From a candidate division WOR-3 bacterium (lineage in GTDB: Bacteria; Hydrothermota; Tepidihabitantia; Tepidihabitantales; Tepidihabitantaceae), in assembly GCA_965649225.1 (NCBI GenBank), contig CBFGJX010000020.1, forward strand, positions 1 through 52,907: a stretch of 52,907 bases of DNA. The letters run 5' to 3'. The stretch's first letter is position 1. The number at the start of each line of letters is the position of its first letter. This document shows, in pieces, positions 46,490 to 52,907 of the stretch. The notes below the pieces were generated by a model. That model worked only from the letters and a program-made list of their open reading frames with translations. It did not search any database and was not told the DNA's origin. Both the position numbers and the translations under genes were made by a program.

Positions 46490-48750
46490 TTGCCTCCTAT
46501 CAGCAGTTTGGTGCGTCCCATGGTCAAGCGGGCCAGCAGGTAGGCAAGCGTCGACTCGGCACCCTGATTGAGACTGACACGGTCGGACTCCAGCCCGTCA
46601 TGGCAGCCAGCGGTAGTGTAGTCGTAAAGCGGCAGGCCGAGGTCATTCCGGCCTAGAAACCACTCAAACGTCACCACCATCTGCCGCCACCATTTGTCGT
46701 CCCGGGTCGCCTGATAGGCCGCACGACAGGCATCAATCATCGTCTGTGCCTCGATCGGCTGTTGCGGAAAACGAGCCCGAACACCGCCCCGGCGATACCA
46801 GCCATTGGTTCCGATCGGAACGAAGTGGCCGTCTTCGGCGGTGGTCTGGTCAACCAGCCAGTTCAAAGCCGCCAGCGCATCCGCCACCATATCCTCCCGT
46901 CCCATCGCCTTGCCGGCCGCAATCAAGGCATGGGGCAGGCGGGCATTGGCATAACTGAGCGTGTCCTCGAACCAGCGCCACTTGTCGTCTGCTGTCGCAC
47001 GGTACAGCCCATGCAGTCGCGCCGCCAGCACTTCGCGCATCCGCCGCGCGGCGCTGTCACCTGGAAATCGCCGCAGATAGTGGTCCAGCCCCAGCAGGAC
47101 ATAGGCCCACGCCCGCGGGCTGGTAAAAGTCTCAACCGCCGGCAACGCTGCCTGCAAAAGGTGCATTGCCGCGGTAACCAGTCCTTCATCACTGGAAAAG
47201 TTAACCAGCCAGCCGAAACTCATCACTGCCCGGCCATGACAGTCTTCTGATCCGCAGTCGTCCTGCCAGCGCCGGTCATAGCCCATCAGATTGTGAAACC
47301 GGCCCAAGTGCGGAATGAAAGCGTAGTTGAGGAACGCCAGATAACGCGAAGCCAGCGTCCGGAGCTCGGTCTCGCCCGGACCAAAATCCTGACTGGCCAC
47401 AACGACCATCAGCGCCCGGGCATTGTCGTCGGTTGTATACCCTTCCGCGTAGTTGGGAATTGAAGCCCGGGCATGCTGAAACATGCCGACATCGTCGGTC
47501 ATTCGACGCAGATGTGCCAGACTTACCTCCGGCATCTCGATATCGGCCTCGGCCAGTGTCGCCACCCGACCAATCGGCTTTGGCCGCAGCCGACGCTCGT
47601 CACGCACCCGGGCGAATGTCGCCAGATAACGACGGGCGACCTCTTTCCAGATCATCTCGCGCCCGAGCGCGTAGGCGCGTTTGCGCATCGCATGTCGCTC
47701 AACCTCATTGTCCAGCAGCTCAATAACCCGGCCGGCCAGTGCCGCAGGATCTCGAAATGGCACCAGCATCCCGCGACCTTCGGCCAGCATTTCCTCAGCA
47801 TACCAGTAGGGAGTTGAAACAACCGCCTTGCCCGTACCCAGCGCGTAGGCCAGCGTCCCGGAAGTAATCTGCGCCTCATTCAGGTAGGGAGTGACATAGA
47901 CATCCGCCGCTCCGAGGAACTCGCACAGTTCAGTGATGTCGACAAAGCGGTTATGAAAGACAATGTGCTTTTCGACTCCCAGTGCGCGGGCCTGCCGCTG
48001 CAAGCCAAGCCGGTATTCCTCGCCGTGTTCACGACGGACATGGGGATGCGTCGCGCCCAGAACCAGATAGACCACGTCGGGAAAGCGCTCAACGATTCGC
48101 GGCAGCGCATCAATCATTGTCTCAATGCCTTTGTTCGGCGAAAGTAGCCCGAAAGTGAGAATCACCCGCCGTCCCTCGACCTCAAACTTGTCTTTGTAGA
48201 ACGCCGGGTCAACAAACGGCATGTCCGGAATCCCGTGGTGAATCATCTCGATTTTCTCAAGCGGCACCCGGTGAACCGCCTGCAGAAACTCGACTGCCCG
48301 CCGGCTCATCACCACCAGCCGGTCCGACAGCTGGCACAGCTCGTCCATCACCCGGCGCTGCTCGTCATTCGGCTCCCGCAGCACTGTATGCAGGGTGGTC
48401 ACTATCGGCATCCGCAGCCGCCGCAGTGTCAGCAACAGGTCGGCACCGGCCGGACCGCCGAAAATGCCGTATTCATGCTGAACGCAGACAACACTGGTAC
48501 CGGCGACATTCAGGAAATCGGCCAGTTGCCGGTAGCCGTCCGGGTCGTTCTGAGCAACCTCAAACCGCACCCGATGAGGATAATCATAGCCCTGCGGCAC
48601 ATCGTTCATCGCACAGACAAAGCAATCAAGGTCCCGTGCCTCCTGCGCCACAGCCTCGCAAAGGTCAGTCGTGAAAGTGGCAATGCCGCACCGACGGGGC
48701 AGGTAGTTACCGATGAAGACTACTGAATTCAGGCCCGAACCATGGGTCAT
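46486..48750 (-). CDS. GT4 glycosyltransferase fused to a C-terminal (alpha/alpha) glycosidase-like domain
   Basis: PRRCGIATF, QHEYGIFGG, FGLLSPNKGIE and SGTLAYA, followed by YTTDDNARAL, QQPIEA and NQGAESTL. Confidence 0.9.
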   Translation of the reverse strand: MTHGSGLNSVVFIGNYLPRRCGIATFTTDLCEAVAQEARDLDCFVCAMNDVPQGYDYPHRVRFEVAQNDPDGYRQLADFLNVAGTSVVCVQHEYGIFGGPAGADLLLTLRRLRMPIVTTLHTVLREPNDEQRRVMDELCQLSDRLVVMSRRAVEFLQAVHRVPLEKIEMIHHGIPDMPFVDPAFYKDKFEVEGRRVILTFGLLSPNKGIETMIDALPRIVERFPDVVYLVLGATHPHVRREHGEEYRLGLQRQARALGVEKHIVFHNRFVDITELCEFLGAADVYVTPYLNEAQITSGTLAYALGTGKAVVSTPYWYAEEMLAEGRGMLVPFRDPAALAGRVIELLDNEVERHAMRKRAYALGREMIWKEVARRYLATFARVRDERRLRPKPIGRVATLAEADIEMPEVSLAHLRRMTDDVGMFQHARASIPNYAEGYTTDDNARALMVVVASQDFGPGETELRTLASRYLAFLNYAFIPHLGRFHNLMGYDRRWQDDCGSEDCHGRAVMSFGWLVNFSSDEGLVTAAMHLLQAALPAVETFTSPRAWAYVLLGLDHYLRRFPGDSAARRMREVLAARLHGLYRATADDKWRWFEDTLSYANARLPHALIAAGKAMGREDMVADALAALNWLVDQTTAEDGHFVPIGTNGWYRRGGVRARFPQQPIEAQTMIDACRAAYQATRDDKWWRQMVVTFEWFLGRNDLGLPLYDYTTAGCHDGLESDRVSLNQGAESTLAYLLARLTMGRTKLLIGGK

Positions 48751-49577
48751 CGCTCGACCTCCTTTCCTGCGCTGCGGTCAACCAGTCCTGACCGGTCTGT
48801 CATCATCTGTCCATCCCGCTTGCTGCTGAGCCGCTCCAGCAGACTACCGATGCGGCCGCTGAACTGTTGGTAAATCAGCGCCAGGGCTGCGGCAATACAG
48901 CCAAAGGCAATCCATTCGCGCACGCCGAAACGAGTGGCCGTCGCCCCAACCCAGCTTTCCATCAGATTCGACGGCAATCGCGCCACCAGCACCAGCAATA
49001 GAAACACCGGTAACGGCATCGGGGTCAACCCGGCGAGATAGTATACCCAGTCGCCAATCGGATTGGGAATCAGCAGCAGAAGAAATATGAAAAAAGTCCC
49101 GCGCCGCATTACGAGCGCGTCGAGTCGGGCCAGCCGTTCCGCCGGGATCAGCAATTGCAGAACCCGCCGGCCGAACAGCCGCACCAGCAGGAAATCGAAG
49201 GTCGCCCCCAGCAGGATACCGATCATCAGCCAAAGCACTGTCGGCCATACGCCCAGCACGTAGCCGGCGGCAAACGAAAGCATGTTGCCGGGCAGCGGGG
49301 CAACAATCACCTGCACCATCTGCAGCAGAACAACCCCTACTGGTGCCCAGCCTCCCCAGCCAGCCACCAGGCGACGTAACTCCTCCGGGTATCGGAAATA
49401 ACGAAACAGCGACTGGGCGCCGAGCGCCAGCACCGCCCCAAGTGCCACGAGCGCCAGAACCGCCAGCACGGTTTTGAGCCAGCGGTCTTTGGGTGACGGC
49501 AACCGCTGGCCGCCAGTGTCCGTTTCAGTTTTCGTCGGCATCACCGACCCCGAATCCAGAGCCGCCCCGGGCCTCAA
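48747..49577 (-). CDS. DedA/VTT (TVP38-like) membrane protein
   Basis: LQMVQVIVAPLPG...AAGYVLG...RLFGR motif. Start is uncertain (alternative ATG 49541). Confidence 0.82.
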   Translation of the reverse strand: MRPGAALDSGSVMPTKTETDTGGQRLPSPKDRWLKTVLAVLALVALGAVLALGAQSLFRYFRYPEELRRLVAGWGGWAPVGVVLLQMVQVIVAPLPGNMLSFAAGYVLGVWPTVLWLMIGILLGATFDFLLVRLFGRRVLQLLIPAERLARLDALVMRRGTFFIFLLLLIPNPIGDWVYYLAGLTPMPLPVFLLLVLVARLPSNLMESWVGATATRFGVREWIAFGCIAAALALIYQQFSGRIGSLLERLSSKRDGQMMTDRSGLVDRSAGKEVER

Positions 49578-50344
49578 CCCACCAGTACCGCGCCGCCATT
49601 GACGTTCAGTATTTCGCCGGTCACGAAAGTTGACAAGCTGGAGACAAGAAACAGCACTGCGCCGGCAAACTCGTCCGGCTGCCCCACCCTGCCCAGCGGG
49701 ATGGTATTCAGGACCGCCCGACGCAGCTTCGGCACCCGCAGCGTCACGGCCGACATGTCGGTGTCAAACCAGCCCGGTGCGATGCAGTTGACCAAGATTC
49801 CGTACCGGGCCAGTTCAACTGCCAGCGACTTGGTCAGGCTGATTACAGCACCTTTCGTTGCTGCATAGTGAGAATGGAATGCCTCGCCACGCTGCCCGGC
49901 CGTCGAAGAAACCAGTACAATCCTTCCACCCTGCTGCCTCTTCATTACCGGTACCGCTGCCCGGCAGAGCCGAAAAACCCCGGTCAGGTTCACGGCGATC
50001 ATTTCCTCCAGCCGGGCGTCGCTCATCTGGTCGATCGAAGCCTCATTCCATATCCCGGCATTGGCAATGAGAATATCAAGCCGTCCCAGTCGACTTACTG
50101 TCCTGCTGACGATTCTTTCTGCCGCCGTCGGCTGCGCCATGTCGGCCTGCAGCGCCACAGCTTGAACACCGGCATTGCGACAGTCACGGACAACCTCCTG
50201 GGCGGCCGCCCGCTCCCGCCGGTAGCTCACCGCAACATCGGCCCCGCACTGCGCCAGCAGCTTCGCCGCAGCCCGACCAAGCCCGCGGCTGCCACCAGTC
50301 ACCAGCGCCACACTGCCGCTGAGATCAACTGCGAACATCACCAC
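49574..50344 (-). CDS. Short-chain dehydrogenase/reductase (FabG-like)
   Basis: TGGSRGLG, ANAG, YAATK, NCIAPG and IPLGR motifs. Confidence 0.92.
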   Translation of the reverse strand: MVMFAVDLSGSVALVTGGSRGLGRAAAKLLAQCGADVAVSYRRERAAAQEVVRDCRNAGVQAVALQADMAQPTAAERIVSRTVSRLGRLDILIANAGIWNEASIDQMSDARLEEMIAVNLTGVFRLCRAAVPVMKRQQGGRIVLVSSTAGQRGEAFHSHYAATKGAVISLTKSLAVELARYGILVNCIAPGWFDTDMSAVTLRVPKLRRAVLNTIPLGRVGQPDEFAGAVLFLVSSLSTFVTGEILNVNGGAVLVG

Positions 50345-50387
50345 CCTCCTGGTTCAAAACCGCGTCCCGCGGTTCTTGAAGTCAGTT

Positions 50388-51560
50388 TCATGTCGCACAG
50401 CCCGCCGGCTTCTCGGCCGGAGCGACCGGAGCGGCAATCACGTCCAGCAGCCGGTCGATCTCTGATTCGGTGTTGTAGAAATGCGGAGAAAAGCGCAGCC
50501 AGTTCTCACGTAGCGAACAAACAATCCCGGCATCAGCCAGCCGCTGGACCAGTGTGGCGCTGCAGTCGTTTGGCCGCCGGGCGGTGACGATACCGGCGCT
50601 CAACTCCGGTTCAGCCGGTGTAACGACCTCAAATCCGCGTTCGGACAACCCGCTGCGCAAACGGGCCGAGAGAACGCGTACCCGCCTCTCGACCTCTTCG
50701 ATGCCCACTTCCAGCAGAATGCGAAGGCTCTCCCGCAGACCATAGATTGCCAGATAATTCTTGGTGCCTTCCTCGTAGCGGGCAGCTCCCGGCTTCAGAG
50801 GCTTCAGGGTGAAAATGTCGTTGAAGTCGTGCCATTCTGCCGACAGCCAGCCAAGGTTATACCGGCGCAATCCTGGCAACGTCAGCGAATTCACCCGCAG
50901 ATACCCGGAACCCTGCGGTGCCAGCAGCCACTTGGCACCATGCCCGGCGATGAAGTCGGCATCTACCAGTTCCTGCCTGCAGTCCAGCGCACCGACACCC
51001 TGCATCACATCAACCACTGTCAGCACGCCCCGTTCACGGCAATGGCGACACACCGCGGCAAGATTGAACCGCCGGCCGGTAAGGAAATGCACCCAGGAAA
51101 GAGCCACCATCCGCGTGCGGCTGTCAATCAGGCTGAAAACCGCCTCAGGGCCCTGGACCAATTGCTCGCTGGAGCAGAACCGCTTGTCCATCCCGGGCAG
51201 CAGATAGTGAAACGGATAGGTGACTGTCGGAAAATCATCCTCCATCAATACAACATTGTCGCCGGACTGCCATTCGACCGAACCGATAGCAATGACGATG
51301 CCGGCCGAGGTATTCTTGGTGAAGGCAATTGTCGCCGGCTCGACATGGAGCAGTGCCGCCAGCATTCCTCTCGTCTCCTCAACAACTGCCTCGGCCTCTT
51401 CGAACGGGATCTGACCGGTCTCGGCCTGACGCCGACAGTAACCCAGAACCGCCTCAACTCCGGGTTGCGGCAGCGGTCCGGTCGAGGCGTGATTGACATA
51501 AATGCTGTGTTGCAGGACCGGAAAAAGCCGCCTGATGCTTTCAATGTCAACGCTGGTCAT
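50388..51560 (-). CDS. Aminotransferase class V PLP enzyme
   Basis: YVNHASTGP, FTKNTS, VDVMQ, HGAKWLLAPQG and LRFSPHFYNT motifs. Confidence 0.9.
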   Translation of the reverse strand: MTSVDIESIRRLFPVLQHSIYVNHASTGPLPQPGVEAVLGYCRRQAETGQIPFEEAEAVVEETRGMLAALLHVEPATIAFTKNTSAGIVIAIGSVEWQSGDNVVLMEDDFPTVTYPFHYLLPGMDKRFCSSEQLVQGPEAVFSLIDSRTRMVALSWVHFLTGRRFNLAAVCRHCRERGVLTVVDVMQGVGALDCRQELVDADFIAGHGAKWLLAPQGSGYLRVNSLTLPGLRRYNLGWLSAEWHDFNDIFTLKPLKPGAARYEEGTKNYLAIYGLRESLRILLEVGIEEVERRVRVLSARLRSGLSERGFEVVTPAEPELSAGIVTARRPNDCSATLVQRLADAGIVCSLRENWLRFSPHFYNTESEIDRLLDVIAAPVAPAEKPAGCAT

Positions 51561-51615
51561 CGATGAATTATCGTCGAATCAGAACCGCCGGCAACTCTGC
51601 CGGATGCAGCCGTAT

Positions 51616-52278
51616 TCAGGGCTGAAACACCCTGATTGTGTGACCTGGCGACAAACCCGACTCAGCGCCGTGCTCATCCCGGGCCAGTGCCTGAACCAGA
51701 TAGCTGCCGGTATCGCGCCAGGCATAACGGAACAACACCTCGGTTCCGCTCGCAATCAGGGCGGAGACACTGCTATCACCGTTACCGAAAAGAACTACGT
51801 AGTACAACCGGTCGCCATCCGGGTCGAAGGCTCTTACCGTCACATCAACCGGTTGGCGTACCGGACTGGAATCACTGAGCAGTACCGTCGGCACGCCTGG
51901 TACCCGGTTCACAGTATCAACAACCACAACCCTCACCCAGTCAGACCAGAGCGAACGCGCCCCGCGGCGATCCTCAGCCTGAGCAGATACATAGTAGGTG
52001 TCGGGAAGCGACCAGCGGTGGTTGGCCTGCACCGTCTCGCCATTGGCTGCAAAACTTGTCCATTCGCTGGTGTCGCCGTCATCCCAGTCAAACCGCATCC
52101 TCACATCCTGACCATCGGGGTCATTGCCGCGCGCCGTGAAAGTACCGGTGACACCGACTGGCAATTCAGCCGGTCCGCGAACCGGCTGTGGTTTGTCGGG
52201 CCTGGCATTGCCCGGGCAGGCTATCCCGGTCAGCACCAGAAAACCAGCTGTCAACAGCAACAGAATTGTGTCTCGCAT
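51616..52278 (-). CDS. PKD-like domain lipoprotein
   Basis: Lipobox GIAC and two DPDG...(FDWDDG/FGNGD)...Y.V.A.A.D..GA.S repeats. Confidence 0.8.
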   Translation of the reverse strand: MRDTILLLLTAGFLVLTGIACPGNARPDKPQPVRGPAELPVGVTGTFTARGNDPDGQDVRMRFDWDDGDTSEWTSFAANGETVQANHRWSLPDTYYVSAQAEDRRGARSLWSDWVRVVVVDTVNRVPGVPTVLLSDSSPVRQPVDVTVRAFDPDGDRLYYVVLFGNGDSSVSALIASGTEVLFRYAWRDTGSYLVQALARDEHGAESGLSPGHTIRVFQP

Positions 52279-52348
52279 GGCTAATCAGGCATACTCCAAG
52301 TCAATTAGTCAGTCAAGCTGATGATCGTCCCGGCATGTCGGGGATGAA

Positions 52349-52379
52349 ACGATGGCGGGATTTGCGCTCCCGCCATCGT
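52349..52379 (-). terminator. Intrinsic terminator-like hairpin
   Basis: Minus strand reads ACGATGGCGGGA-gcgcaaa-TCCCGCCATCGT followed by a short T run. Confidence 0.7.
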
Positions 52380-52384
52380 GGTGT

Positions 52385-52455
52385 TACGGTACTCGGCTGT
52401 TTTTCAGGCCATCTTCCGGTTTTTGCGTTCGCCGTCCTCGCGTCTTGCCTTGTCT
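52385..52455 (-). ncRNA. Possible degenerate c-di-GMP-I (GEMM)-like riboswitch
   Basis: Minus strand reads AAGGCAAG...ACGCAAAA...GGCCTGAA...ACAGCCGAGTACC, immediately before the terminator hairpin. The GNRA stem is poor. Confidence 0.3.
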
Positions 52456-52501
52456 CACTGGTTTAGACGCCCAAAGCGGCTTCAGGTTGCCCCGCCTCAG
52501 G

Positions 52502-52900
52502 CTATTGCGGCCCGGCCAGCCCGCGCGTGCGGAACAGGTAGTCAATCCACAGCGCCAAAGCCTCTGTACCCAGGCCCTTGCCCCACAGCCGGTCCTCGAC
52601 GATATCGATGCCGACCTCGGTCATGTGCGGGTCATCCGGCGTCTGGTACACGACGACCCAGCCGACGTGCCGGCCATCACTGGTATCGATCTCCATTCGG
52701 TTCGGCGGGTCCTTCGGGTTGTCCAGACGCTTGCGCGCCCGGACCGGCAACTCGCTCACGTCGTCGCTGAACCACGGCCCGTCGGTCTTCCACGCCGCCA
52801 GTGCCGGGTCGGTCCAGCGCTCGTAGTCGACGATGTCCGATTCGCGCAACGGCCGCAGCTTCACCCGCGGTCCGCGAATCTCCAACGGGGTTGACGGCAT
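52502..52900 (-). pseudogene. RimJ/RimL-type GNAT acetyltransferase, C-terminally truncated
   Basis: VKLRPLRESD and EVGIDIVEDRLWGKGLGTEALALWIDYLF, then a stop after RGLAGPQ. No N...KLGF segment was found in any downstream frame. Confidence 0.65.
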
Positions 52901-52907
52901 ACTGTCC

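Noticed and set aside
45479..48750. GT4-fusion plus GH130 pair as a novel system
   Set aside because: This is a commonly seen gene pair, and nothing locus-specific stood out.
50388..51560. Cysteine desulfurase or selenocysteine lyase serving the selenoprotein
   Set aside because: The SSGSAC/RxGHHC catalytic loop is absent (IVCSLRENWLRFSPH), so only the class V family call is supported.
439..52894. Many long overlapping or antisense ORFs (for example 439..1608, 32247..33524, 43081..44094, 52352..52894)
   Set aside because: They look like shadow ORFs of GC-rich coding strands: Arg/Pro/Ala-rich, without motifs, and overlapping well-supported genes.

Overview
This is a gene-dense, GC-rich diderm bacterial chromosome segment. 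The style of its short C-terminal sorting domains suggests candidate phylum WOR-3 or another FCB-related lineage (inference). Housekeeping and metabolic content includes a stand-alone EF-G, tRNA-Asp(GTC), valS, pilT, a rhaB-rhaA-GH106 rhamnose block, a GT4/GH130 pair, a TonB-dependent receptor and many lipoproteins. The main highlights are: (1) a ~12 kb nine-gene operon (phosphate-selective porin, lamin-tail lipoprotein, CotH kinase, three tandem arylsulfotransferase-fold paralogues, beta-propeller, VTC polyphosphate polymerase, DUF4956) that looks like a polyphosphate export / extracellular phosphotransfer system; (2) a solitary 122-aa gene resembling the SIRV2-type (Adnaviria) DNA-wrapping capsid protein, with no viral neighbours; (3) a secreted UxxC selenoprotein that the ORF track splits at an in-frame TGA followed by a SECIS-like hairpin; (4) an atypical-composition 1176-aa defence-like gene; (5) small Cys-rich and His/Arg-rich proteins; (6) repeated evidence for leaderless mRNAs; and (7) two candidate structured RNAs. 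No CRISPR array, rRNA or transposase was seen. All family assignments come from motif recognition by eye, not from database searches.
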